In this document: positions 26,444 to 34,888 of the stretch, piece after piece | How positions within the stretch are numbered: position 1 is the first letter of the stretch | How the letters are laid out: every line of letters begins with the position of its first letter | DNA from: Methanobacteriota archaeon | GTDB taxonomy: Archaea; Halobacteriota; Syntropharchaeia; Alkanophagales; Methanospirareceae | Reading direction: 5' to 3' | DNA length: 43,373 nt | Assembly: GCA_034660415.1 (NCBI GenBank) | Contig: JAYEJE010000084.1 | Span: 1 to 43,373 of the forward strand | Notes under the pieces: model-generated | What the model saw: the letters and a program-made list of their open reading frames with translations, nothing else | Databases searched by the model: none | What the model was told of the DNA's origin: nothing | Position numbers and translations under genes: made by a program

Positions 26444-26908
26444 TTATTCAACTGCGTTCTTTCGCTTATCCGCTTCGCACGGATGCATTCCGGTCTCACA
26501 GAACGTTTTGAAGTGCTGAAGCCACTGTGGATAGTCGGGTGCGGACTTCACAAACCGCACAAAATTCTTCAACTGCTCTACCGTTTTCGTCTCCAATTCG
26601 TGCTCCATTATGCATGCATCTTTATTCGCTATTTTCTCGGGCACCTGTAGTATTTCCAGAAGTGCCCTTAGAGTATCATGCCGGTCCTTTACCAAGCTTC
26701 CTATCTCTCTCCCTTTTTGTGTTAATGTCACACCGTCGTATTTCCGATACACAACGTAACCGTTATCGTTCAGCTTCTTTAGCATCTCCACAACGCTTGA
26801 GGGCTGAATAGCTAAAGCCAGTGCTATATCCTTTACCCTTGTATATCCCTTCTCTTCTGAGATGTTCAGAATCGCTTCGAGATAGTCTTCCGCTTTTCTA
26901 CTTAGCAT
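26444..26908 (-). CDS. DtxR/MntR-family metal-dependent transcriptional regulator (no SH3 domain)
   Basis: The N-terminus AEDYLEAILNISEEKGYTRVKDIALALAIQPSSVVEMLKKL and the dimerisation helix with HELE follow the DtxR-family pattern. Confidence 0.8.
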   Translation of the reverse strand: MLSRKAEDYLEAILNISEEKGYTRVKDIALALAIQPSSVVEMLKKLNDNGYVVYRKYDGVTLTQKGREIGSLVKDRHDTLRALLEILQVPEKIANKDACIMEHELETKTVEQLKNFVRFVKSAPDYPQWLQHFKTFCETGMHPCEADKRKNAVE

Positions 26909-27118
26909 GGTAGGTATAATATTATTAGGGCAGCCTATAATTAAACACTTCTATTTTGATCAAACATGTGGTCTCTCCGCAATCAAGAAATTATTTTGGA
27001 TTATCATTCACAAAGAAAAAGAAAAAGCAGGGAACAGATGCCTTATATCTGCCCATCCACTTACACATCTTTGTCTATTTCCCTTTTACGTCAATCAACG
27101 GATATTCGTCTTGACTGG

Positions 27119-28228
27119 TCACTCTTCTGTCCGCTTCAGTACTTGGGTACCAGCACCGTTAAACAGCAAATTATCGTCGCTGTCATATATGCGCCATATC
27201 CAATTCAGGAAAATCTCGGGCCCATTCGTTCCTTCTTCTATTATTCCTGTAGCAACAGATTCAAAACCTATTTTGCCCATACCTTCTGCTTCCATATAAC
27301 CTGCATTCGCGAGCATTATATTGTTTCCTATCGTAGAGCCTTGAGATATACTTCCTTCATCATCTGTTACCTTAAGCAAGGAGCCGTGTTGTTCAATGGT
27401 ATGCGTTCCTGTTACTTGTTCAAGGAATTCGGGTATGAAGTTTCCCTCAAGATCCAGGAATATGCCTTCACCTGTTTTCGCGTATGTCCCCGAAATATTT
27501 ATTATCTCAGCAGGTAAAAACGCGGGGTCAAAGTTTTCCCATGGGTCTTTAAGACTTGGACTTTGACCTGCGAGCATCATGGCTCCCATCATCTCTGCTC
27601 CTTCCGCATATCCGTCAGCTACTGTTTCCATTGTGGTATCTTCAACAGCAAAAGTAGGATACCACATCGCATAGCTCGTATTGTTGATCAGATCATTAAA
27701 ACTGGTATTACCGTATCTCATGTGCCAGTGAACCATGCCACCTTCGTGAGAATGTACCTCAGTAAAAATGAGATACTTATACTCAGAACAAGCAGCATCT
27801 TCCGATGTCAGCTCGAACTTGTACCAGTCGAATTCCTCTTCTCCGAATGCAACTGTCTCTACACCTGCGCTTTCATATTCACAGTCGCATTTAACCGTTC
27901 CATCTGTGTTGTAATAGGTGATATTATTTTCTGCTATTCCCAAATCGCCGAAATTCGATTTATGCATTGCGTACAAGAAGCTCTTGGCATCGTTGGTAGT
28001 AAAGGTACCATCCCCGGCTGCTGCATTTGCTGCATCGGTCATGGCTTCGTAGACTGCGTCCATAGCAGGATCGTCAAGCATCGTTCCGACATTAAGCCAC
28101 GTCCCGTTCCAATCATTAAGTGGACTCGAATCTTCACTTGCAATTCCCGTTGACAGTGCAAGAACGCCCAATAATAAAACGCTTGTTATCACTACAATAG
28201 CACTTAATCTTCTTTTTGTTTTATCCAT
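27119..28228 (-). CDS. Secreted ZinT/YodA-like metal-binding lipocalin domain fused to an unknown C-terminal domain
   Basis: Signal peptide present. LNDWNGTWLNV, GIAENNITYYNTDGTVKCDCEY, YLIFTEVHSHEGGMVHWHMRYGN and MWYPTF run collinear with E. coli ZinT as I recall it. Confidence 0.65.
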   Translation of the reverse strand: MDKTKRRLSAIVVITSVLLLGVLALSTGIASEDSSPLNDWNGTWLNVGTMLDDPAMDAVYEAMTDAANAAAGDGTFTTNDAKSFLYAMHKSNFGDLGIAENNITYYNTDGTVKCDCEYESAGVETVAFGEEEFDWYKFELTSEDAACSEYKYLIFTEVHSHEGGMVHWHMRYGNTSFNDLINNTSYAMWYPTFAVEDTTMETVADGYAEGAEMMGAMMLAGQSPSLKDPWENFDPAFLPAEIINISGTYAKTGEGIFLDLEGNFIPEFLEQVTGTHTIEQHGSLLKVTDDEGSISQGSTIGNNIMLANAGYMEAEGMGKIGFESVATGIIEEGTNGPEIFLNWIWRIYDSDDNLLFNGAGTQVLKRTEE

Positions 28229-28400
28229 TTTTTTCTTTTCACCTCCTAAACAACTTTTTTACCTCTCAACCTTTCTTTCTGCGAAGCGTTTTTCATAAAC
28301 GCTTTGGTAAATGACTTAAAAGAAAGCTTGACCAAAGAAACAGTGATTTTTAGCTCCGCTGGTTTCTTTTAGTACAGGTTTTCTTTTCTAAAGAAAAAGT

Positions 28401-28495
28401 GTGTTGTTAGGGACATATAAATTACGCCCTAAAAATACTCGGTTTTGGATAACAAGCCGAACAAGGTTAGGATTTTTGGAAAAAACCTCGTTTGT
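28401..28495 (-). promoter_or_regulatory. Shared promoter/operator cassette, copy E (~180 bp upstream of the ZinT-like gene)
   Basis: TTAGGG at 28407 and CCCTAA at 28427, followed by CTCGGTTTTGGATAACAAGCCGAA and GGTTAGGATTTTT. The sense-strand core is AATTTATATG. Confidence 0.75.
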
Positions 28496-28570
28496 ACCTC
28501 TCATATGTGCCCAAGATATGTATTAAATAAAGGGATGGTATCAGGATTTTTGGAATAAGAGTTTTTCAGC

Positions 28571-28870
28571 CTATTTTCTCCCGATATCAAGGTCCATCGG
28601 ACCCATCGGCATCTCCTGCGTGCGTGACCGCAGCAATCTGAACCCGACTCGAAGCATGGAATCCGCGATAATGCCCTGATCAAAACCCCTGTCCTGACCA
28701 GTGAGCGCCATCGGGAGCCAGCCAGTAACCATCAGCTCTGGCTTCGTCCGTTCGTCTGCCAAGCCGTCAGAGAGTGTGATGAAGACGCCGTTTTGGTTCA
28801 GAGCATCAAATATCTTCGTGAGAAACGAGTCCATATCGTCTTTTAGAAAATTGAGTGTCGCAGATGCCAG
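28571..28870 (-). pseudogene. C-terminal fragment of a class I SAM methyltransferase; the SAM-binding N-terminal half is missing
   Basis: The stop-to-stop frame reads LASATLNFLKDDMDSFLTKIFDALNQNGVF... There is no GxGxG motif, and an in-frame stop sits at 28871-28873. Confidence 0.5.
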
Positions 28871-28925
28871 TCAACAAAAGCTTCGATTCTATCGGCGCAA
28901 TAAAAAAAGAAAAGTAGGCTCCCGT

Positions 28926-29297
28926 TCAAGCAGTAGAAGCCTTCCCGATTGCTTTAAGGAGCGCCATCATTATTCCCATCCCTTTTCGCACTTCCTCGTC
29001 CTTCATCGCTCCGATAAGACCCCATGTACCAAGTTCCGGCGGATTCAGCAATGCCTTGTCCAGTTCAGGGTCTTGTAGTCCCCTTCCCATTATGTCAATC
29101 AAATCAGTGCTCGCCATTGCATCCGTCAGCTTGAACAGGACGCACATAATCTCTGATATGTCATGCAGCATCTGGTCATTCATATAATCTCGCAGAAACC
29201 TGACTACGGTTAGTACTTCTACCAGCGCATCGTAGTCGGAAGGGTCTAAATCAAGCGTGATTGCCTCTTTTTCCTTTTCCATCTTTTCTTCTCCCAT
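28926..29297 (-). CDS. DUF1641-like small protein, the usual partner of FAD-dependent oxidoreductases
   Basis: 123 aa. The C-terminal GLIGAMKDEEVRKGMGIMMALLKAIG resembles the DUF1641 signature as I recall it. It lies 25 nt downstream of the oxidoreductase gene. Confidence 0.5.
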   Translation of the reverse strand: MGEEKMEKEKEAITLDLDPSDYDALVEVLTVVRFLRDYMNDQMLHDISEIMCVLFKLTDAMASTDLIDIMGRGLQDPELDKALLNPPELGTWGLIGAMKDEEVRKGMGIMMALLKAIGKASTA

Positions 29298-29322
29298 TTC
29301 TTCTTTTCACCCTTTTCTCCTA

Positions 29323-30525
29323 TTACATAAGTGCCTTAAGCCCCGCATCCCAGTAAATGTAGTAATACATCCGATAGAGGAACCAGCCAAGTCTAATTGC
29401 CTTGAACGGTTCGAGCGGCCTACCATAACTCCACGTCGGGATGTATGCTTCTCCTTTTGTATACGGTGTGTACGCGGCACTCACTAAGGGGCACCCCATT
29501 TCTCCCATGTATGATACTTTTGCGCCCTCGCCATTCCCTCGAATGTCATTTATCACGTTCTGACCCGCTATCAATGACTGGTAGTGTGTGCCTATGCCCG
29601 TCTTGATAATCTCCGCTGGACCCACATCGCCCAGGGCATAAACTTCATCGTAGCTCGCTTCGGCGCCTTGATACTGCAGCGTGTTCTTATTTATCGGTAT
29701 CCAGCCCTTCTCGTCGGTTATCTCGGAATTCACTAATGCCTGTGTGCATTTGTGCGGCGGTATTGTAATTAAAAGGTCATATTTTGTCCTTTCCCCGTTC
29801 GACGCTACGACTTCCTTCTTACCCTCATCTACCTCCGAAAGCCCGAAGTTCTTTACAACTTTGATATTCTGCTTTTCGAGTAATGGAGTCGCTACGTCGT
29901 CATATGCCTGTGGTCCCAAGAGTTCTGTGGGCCACAAGAGGCTGATTTCTATCTCCTTTCGCACTTCCTCGCCTCTAACGTATCTCAAGTAAGAGTCCAG
30001 CAGTATAGTGAACTTACCCGGAGCTCCCGGGCAAGGAATAGGCATTTGCGGCGTCATGATAACTATGTGCCCTTTATTGAAAGATTTTACCGACTCCCCA
30101 AGTTTAAAAGCGTCCTCTAACGACGTGTAGAATGTATTGAAATCGTTTGAAAGTCCCGGAACGCTTTCCACATCTGCTCTGCACCCAGTTGCAATCACGA
30201 GATAATCGTATGGATATTTCTTGCCACTCTTTGCCGTTACTTCCCTGTTTCCCAAATCCACATGCTCTACCTCGCCATCTTCTCCAAATGCTGTTTTTAC
30301 CCGCGGGCTAATCACTTTTTTTCGTGGTCGCTTTATGTCTTCCGGCGTGTACAGACCAAAAGGAATGAATGTGAACCCGCCCTGATTAATGCTCATATCG
30401 TTCTTGTCCAGTATTGTTATTTCCACCTCATCCTTAGCGATTTCCTGTCTGAACTCTCTCGCCACCTTGTTCGTCACTACTGACCCCGCGGCGCCAGCTC
30501 CTAACACCAACACTCTATCTGTCAT
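29323..30525 (-). CDS. FAD-dependent pyridine nucleotide-disulfide oxidoreductase (SQR/NDH-2-like)
   Basis: N-terminal VLVLGAGAAGS dinucleotide fold, a second fold near HIVIMTP and GDV near the C-terminus. 400 aa. Confidence 0.7.
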   Translation of the reverse strand: MTDRVLVLGAGAAGSVVTNKVAREFRQEIAKDEVEITILDKNDMSINQGGFTFIPFGLYTPEDIKRPRKKVISPRVKTAFGEDGEVEHVDLGNREVTAKSGKKYPYDYLVIATGCRADVESVPGLSNDFNTFYTSLEDAFKLGESVKSFNKGHIVIMTPQMPIPCPGAPGKFTILLDSYLRYVRGEEVRKEIEISLLWPTELLGPQAYDDVATPLLEKQNIKVVKNFGLSEVDEGKKEVVASNGERTKYDLLITIPPHKCTQALVNSEITDEKGWIPINKNTLQYQGAEASYDEVYALGDVGPAEIIKTGIGTHYQSLIAGQNVINDIRGNGEGAKVSYMGEMGCPLVSAAYTPYTKGEAYIPTWSYGRPLEPFKAIRLGWFLYRMYYYIYWDAGLKALM

Positions 30526-30540
30526 GGTAACCTTTGATGT

Positions 30541-30615
30541 TTGTTAGGTACATAAATAATGACCCCTAAAAATACTCGGTTTTGGATAAGAAGCCGAATA
30601 AAGTTAGGATTTCGG
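30541..30615 (-). promoter_or_regulatory. Shared promoter/operator cassette, copy F
   Basis: TTAGG 30544, CCTAA 30565, CTCGG 30575, CCGAA 30594 and TTAGG 30604. The first half-site is only 19 bp from the ATG at 30525. Confidence 0.75.
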
Positions 30616-30659
30616 TACGTGTTTGGCAGTTTATACCTGCCTCTGTGGATAACCAGAGG

Positions 30660-31055
30660 ATTCCACAGCTAACCCGCACTTGGTTCCAGTGTCGGGAGGG
30701 AGAGTACGTGCATGCTGACGCATATCGCAATAATGATCAGAATAACCTTGCCAATGAAAAACGGAACCACAACAACGGCTGAATACCCGATCGTTATGCT
30801 TAAAAACGCAATCGTCAGAATCTTTGTCTTCATCGGAATCCCCTTTCCCTCATGCCAGTTTTTGATATATTCACCAAACCAGCGGTTTGTGATGAGCCAG
30901 TGGTACCATCTCTCCGAACTCCTAGCATAGCATGCGAGAGCAAGCAGGAGAAAGGGCGTGGTCGGTAGAAGCGGCAGAACTATCCCCATGCACCCTATTA
31001 GGAGGGATGCTGTGCCTGCAATTCTCAAGAGCATGCATGTTGCCTGCTTCGATCG
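30660..31055. repeat. ~395-bp direct repeat, copy 1 (DUF454 gene body plus 3' flank)
   Basis: Aligns base for base with 40297-40692 at a constant offset of 9637, roughly 85 percent identical by eye. Confidence 0.8.
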
Positions 31056-31064
31056 CCCATACAT
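30669..31064 (-). CDS. YbaN/DUF454-family inner-membrane protein
   Basis: GIVLPLLPTTPFLLLALACYARSSERWYHWL matches my recollection of the DUF454 motif. 131 aa. Confidence 0.6.
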   Translation of the reverse strand: MYGRSKQATCMLLRIAGTASLLIGCMGIVLPLLPTTPFLLLALACYARSSERWYHWLITNRWFGEYIKNWHEGKGIPMKTKILTIAFLSITIGYSAVVVVPFFIGKVILIIIAICVSMHVLSLPTLEPSAG

Positions 31065-31224
31065 AGTTTTATCAGTGTTTATTATGTGTACAAATAATCA
31101 CCCCCATATTTTTTGGAAAAAAAACTCGCTATGTATCTTAGTTCCTGATCGAAGTCCCGTTCCACATTGTAAAACATCCGCTTTAACACCTTCGATATAT
31201 GCCATGCCGGCATTGTCTAAAAAA

Positions 31225-31318
31225 GCAGTGATTTATCACTGCGGAGATCGCCGAGGGCGCAGAGTTTAAGAGCGTTGCAATCCTAGTTTGGTTCTTCTAA
31301 TGCCTCTGCGTTCTCCGC
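31225..31318 (-). terminator. Nested GC-rich stem structure followed by T6 on the minus strand, downstream of the FeoC-like gene
   Basis: GCGGAGA (31241-31247) pairs with TCTCCGC (31312-31318), and CGCAGAG (31258-31264) pairs with CTCTGCG (31304-31310). The minus strand then reads CTGCTTTTTTAG. Confidence 0.3.
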
Positions 31319-31335
31319 GCACTCTGCGGTAAAAC

Positions 31336-31629
31336 TTAGGAGTATCGAGATTTTACTGGAAAATTCGACAGTGCCGCCATGCCCTTTTCAGTAAAGGCAT
31401 ACATCTTTACCCAGCCTTTTCTACCTCCAGGCACTGGTACACTGCATATTTTACTCATCGAGCATCTTGCACAGTCTTTCCCGGGGCAAACTTCGCAGAG
31501 ATAACCAGCACGAAACAGGAACTCTATTATTGCCACGAGTATAGACTTTCTCATATCTAACTCATTTGCAAGTTCGTCTAAAGTGCCTCCTTTCTCTATC
31601 CTATGTAGAAGTTCCCCTGTTACTGGCAT
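31336..31629 (-). CDS. FeoC-like winged-helix protein with a Cys cluster
   Basis: 97 aa. A wHTH (LDELANELDMRKSILVAIIEFLFRAGYL) is followed by CEVCPGKDCARCSMSKIC, which mirrors the E. coli FeoC layout. Confidence 0.55.
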   Translation of the reverse strand: MPVTGELLHRIEKGGTLDELANELDMRKSILVAIIEFLFRAGYLCEVCPGKDCARCSMSKICSVPVPGGRKGWVKMYAFTEKGMAALSNFPVKSRYS

Positions 31630-31701
31630 TTTCTTTTCCGAGCGTGTTGCATCAGTTCTTTTTTATCTGTCATTTTTTACCTTCGTTTATCATATCATTT
31701 A

Positions 31702-31775
31702 TTGTTAGGTACATAAATAATACCCTCTAAAAATGTTCGGTTTTGGCTAAAAAGCCGAATAAAGTTAGTATTTCG
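31702..31775 (-). promoter_or_regulatory. Shared promoter/operator cassette, copy G
   Basis: TTAGG at 31705 and TCTAA at 31726 (offset 21), followed by TTCGGTTTTGGCTAAAAAGCCGAA and AGTTAGT. Confidence 0.7.
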
Positions 31776-31832
31776 AGCGAAAGCCGTATAAATATCTTCC
31801 ATATTCTGGCTTTCCAAATATCTCACGCACAC

Positions 31833-33131
31833 TTATTCCCTCTCTTCATCCATGGTATTTATATGCCGGGTAACTGATCTACTGGCGATTACGTCTTCAA
31901 AATCCGCAGTAGTTATTGATAGCTTGCCTACCTTCTTCCCCCTCCTTTTTGCGTCCTTTGTTTTCTTTAGCCAGACCTCGGTGCAGATATTCGTGAGATC
32001 CCTACCAGTGCAGTTCTCAGGTGTCAGGTCAACGATGCGATCGAAATCTATGTCTTCGTCCAGGTTGTATTTGCTAGTCTTTATCTCGTAAATAGTACGC
32101 TTTGCCTGCCTGTCCGGAACAGGGACTTCTATCTGTTTGCTCCGTGATAGAATTGCATCGTCAACCCTGTCATCACGATTGCTTGTAAATATTGTGATGA
32201 TTGATTCACCACGCCGGTTGAAGCCATCGAGCTCTGCACACAACTGTAACATGGCAGTACGCACTTCATCACCCGCGTCTGTTTCTCCGCCATCAGTTCT
32301 ACGCTTCAGTGCGAGCCCGTCTATCTCGTCCATAAATACGATGCACGGCGCTTTTTTCCGTGCCAACTCATAAAGGTCGCGTATATTGGCTGATGTCGTC
32401 CCGAGCCATTTTTCTACGAGCTCTGGCGCATTAACGCCGATAAAAGGCACACCTGCTTCGTTAGCTACGGCTTCTGCCAGCATAGTTTTTCCCGTACCCG
32501 GAGGACCGACTAATAATAGGGCATTTTGGATTTCTACACCCGCTTCTGCCATTTCTTTGCTTATCTCCGGGTCGAGCTGAAGCTCTGTATGCTCCCGGAG
32601 TTTTTCCTTCACAGCCTCCAACCCTCCTATAGCCTCATATGTCACGTTTGAACACTCATTGACCACAAATTTCTCTGCTTTGTATTTGTAAGAATCCAGA
32701 AGTTCTAAAATATCGTAACTTTGCGGATTAAGGTCTACTTCCTTGCCAGGAACTATTACCTCTTTTGGAAATCGATGAGGTCTCGGAATGACGTGAATTA
32801 TTCTATTACCGCCATCAATCGAGACTAACACTTTGTCTCTTTTTTTCTCATATTTTACTACATAACCTCTGACCGCCGGAGTAGATTTAAGCTCTTTATG
32901 AATCTTGTATAGCTCATCAGTCGCCGTTTTTCGTTCTTGTTCCACCCTTCTATGCCCCAATCGAAGTTTATAAATCGCCTGTTCATACTCTATTAATCGT
33001 TCTACCTGCTTTGAAATTACATGTTCTGCAATCTCCATTTCATCTGTATAACCTGGTCGCTTTTCTTCTTCGTACAGCTCATCCAACAATTCCTCTTTTC
33101 TATCGGTTCCTACAAAATTAGCGGTCGCCAT
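31833..33131 (-). CDS. PAN-like AAA+ ATPase (coiled coil, OB-like domain, AAA module)
   Basis: Walker A GPPGTGKT, Walker B IVFMDEID and SRH TSNRDDRVDDAILSR. The N-terminal coiled coil and the GYVVKY ... VIVPGKEVDLNP OB-like segment are arranged as in proteasome-activating nucleotidase. The ATG at 33131 follows GAGGTGA, and the listed GTG at 33143 lies inside that SD. Confidence 0.7.
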   Translation of the reverse strand: MATANFVGTDRKEELLDELYEEEKRPGYTDEMEIAEHVISKQVERLIEYEQAIYKLRLGHRRVEQERKTATDELYKIHKELKSTPAVRGYVVKYEKKRDKVLVSIDGGNRIIHVIPRPHRFPKEVIVPGKEVDLNPQSYDILELLDSYKYKAEKFVVNECSNVTYEAIGGLEAVKEKLREHTELQLDPEISKEMAEAGVEIQNALLLVGPPGTGKTMLAEAVANEAGVPFIGVNAPELVEKWLGTTSANIRDLYELARKKAPCIVFMDEIDGLALKRRTDGGETDAGDEVRTAMLQLCAELDGFNRRGESIITIFTSNRDDRVDDAILSRSKQIEVPVPDRQAKRTIYEIKTSKYNLDEDIDFDRIVDLTPENCTGRDLTNICTEVWLKKTKDAKRRGKKVGKLSITTADFEDVIASRSVTRHINTMDEERE

Positions 33132-33161
33132 GTAAAGACTCACCTCATATTATAATCCGAT

Positions 33162-33240
33162 GTTGTTAGGTATACAAATAGCACCCCCTAAAAATGTTCG
33201 GTTTTGTCTAAAAACTCGAAGAAAGTTATGCTTTTTGGCA
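33162..33240 (-). promoter_or_regulatory. Shared promoter/operator cassette, copy H
   Basis: TTAGG 33166, CCTAA 33187, TTCGG 33197, TCGAA 33216 and TTATG 33226, giving offsets 0/21/31/50/60. Confidence 0.7.
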
Positions 33241-33328
33241 TCAGCCTACGAGGAACTTTTTAAGAAGAGAACGTTTGTAGTATTTTTCATTTTTGTATCA
33301 CCCCCATCTTCTTTCTTTACTTCTTAAC

Positions 33329-34618
33329 CTATTGAGCATAAATTCTCTTTGCAATTTTAGAAGTCTTCTCTTCAAGACTCGCGAGTTCTCCTTTACCCTT
33401 ATATAAATATTCCATCGCCATCTCCGTACCTATAGTATTCGCCCAGAACATACCCTCAGAGGTGAGTTCGACCTCATTCTTCCCGAGTATCATTTCCCCT
33501 CTATCCACGGAAGTTTCTATCGTTTTGGCAAATGCCTCAAGAGGATCAAAACCCCACCTCCTCATTGGCTCTTCAATATCTACCCTTCCGTATTGAATTT
33601 GTGATACGCACCAGAGTACAGGAATAATATTTCTAGGCACGCTAAAAACGTTTCCCTGTTTGTTCTGGATGTATTTTTCACTTGTAGATTTATGATTTAT
33701 GAAACAATCAGCCAAAAAGCCCGTTGCCCCAGCGCCTAAACCGAGAATATTTCCCAAACTATTGAAATAGGTAGAATAGCGGAACTTGTCCCGCCCGTTT
33801 GAAAAATGATTGATATTTACGTGATTATAGCCTTCATCTTCCAGAAAACTCTTTGCGTTTTCAAAACTATTCATTGCCGTTCCGATTGGAGGCTGCTCGA
33901 ATTGTCTGGCTATTGCCGTTTTGGGCGCATATATCAAAGGATAAAGAGAGATTCCATCAACCCCTATTCCCACCGCTTTTTGCAAATCCACAATTACATC
34001 CCTCATCTCTTGTCCCGGCAGATCATACAAAATGTCTATTGTAAGAAGCGGAAACATCCCTCTCGCTCTATTTAATTTCTTAACGACTTCTTTACCGCCT
34101 CCTCTCCTTCCAAGCATTTTTCTTAAACCCAGATTGAACGTTTGAACCCCTACACTCAAACGATTAACACCTAATTCCAGAAGCAAGTTCATTTTATCTT
34201 CTGTAAGTTCGCTTGCTGTTGTTTCAACACTGATTTCTGCATCGTTATCTATCTTAAATGTATCCCTCAGACCAGCAAATAACAACTTAAGTTCTTCTGA
34301 GGATAGAGATGTTGGAGTACCTCCGCCTACATATATGGTTTGTATGGAGGAAAAGTAATCGCTCCACTCGCTCGCTCCGTCCAGAATCGCGTCCACGTAT
34401 TTCAGCGTATTCTCTGTGGGTAACTCTTTTGTAAGAATGCAAAAAGTGCATCTACCAGCGCAGAAGGGTATATGTATATATAATGCACCCTTTTCACCGC
34501 CCTTTTCCCTTAATTTGTCGAACAGCCATTCAATATCCCTCTTTTTAAGATAAGGAAAGAATGGGAACAGTGTATCATGGTGTGATTTTAGCCATTTCCT
34601 TGTGTTATTATTATCCAT
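33329..34618 (-). CDS. HemN-family (class C) radical SAM enzyme. HemW, HemZ or ChuW/HutW-like function cannot be told apart by eye.
   Basis: CxxxCxxC is present as HIPFCAGRCTFC. YVGGGTPT and LSVGVQTF are HemN-family motifs. 429 aa. Confidence 0.75.
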   Translation of the reverse strand: MDNNNTRKWLKSHHDTLFPFFPYLKKRDIEWLFDKLREKGGEKGALYIHIPFCAGRCTFCILTKELPTENTLKYVDAILDGASEWSDYFSSIQTIYVGGGTPTSLSSEELKLLFAGLRDTFKIDNDAEISVETTASELTEDKMNLLLELGVNRLSVGVQTFNLGLRKMLGRRGGGKEVVKKLNRARGMFPLLTIDILYDLPGQEMRDVIVDLQKAVGIGVDGISLYPLIYAPKTAIARQFEQPPIGTAMNSFENAKSFLEDEGYNHVNINHFSNGRDKFRYSTYFNSLGNILGLGAGATGFLADCFINHKSTSEKYIQNKQGNVFSVPRNIIPVLWCVSQIQYGRVDIEEPMRRWGFDPLEAFAKTIETSVDRGEMILGKNEVELTSEGMFWANTIGTEMAMEYLYKGKGELASLEEKTSKIAKRIYAQ

Positions 34619-34631
34619 ATGTCTTCCAATT

Positions 34632-34829
34632 TTATTTAGAACTATTCTTTGATCTTATTGCTCGTAATCCAAAATCCAACTTCGACATAAAAAACATACT
34701 CGCTTCTGTATTGCTGGCGTTGAAACGATCAATATTAAATTCTTGGATCACCGGTGCCATAAGCGTCAAACTCCGCATCGCTACAAACATCAAAACCGCA
34801 TAGATTGTTACTTCTTTATTGTGACTCAT
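34632..34829 (-). CDS. Hypothetical 65-aa ORF between the Cys-rich ORF and the radical SAM gene
   Basis: Only ORF-level support. There is no SD-like sequence and no recognisable motif. Confidence 0.25.
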   Translation of the reverse strand: MSHNKEVTIYAVLMFVAMRSLTLMAPVIQEFNIDRFNASNTEASMFFMSKLDFGLRAIRSKNSSK

Positions 34830-34888
34830 TTTTCAATTGACAAGAAAAGAAAGGACCGGGCATTTAAAATTTTATTGCATTTTTGAAA

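Noticed and set aside
26908-26950. ATTAGGGCAGCCTATAA directly upstream of the DtxR-like gene, considered as an autoregulatory iron box.
   Set aside because: The palindrome is imperfect and the spacing differs from both the canonical 19-bp box and the island cassette. The evidence is insufficient from sequence alone.
26907-28153. Plus-strand ORFs 26907-27299, 26966-27517 and 27563-28153.
   Set aside because: They overlap the ZinT-like gene on the other strand, which has strong family motifs and a signal peptide.
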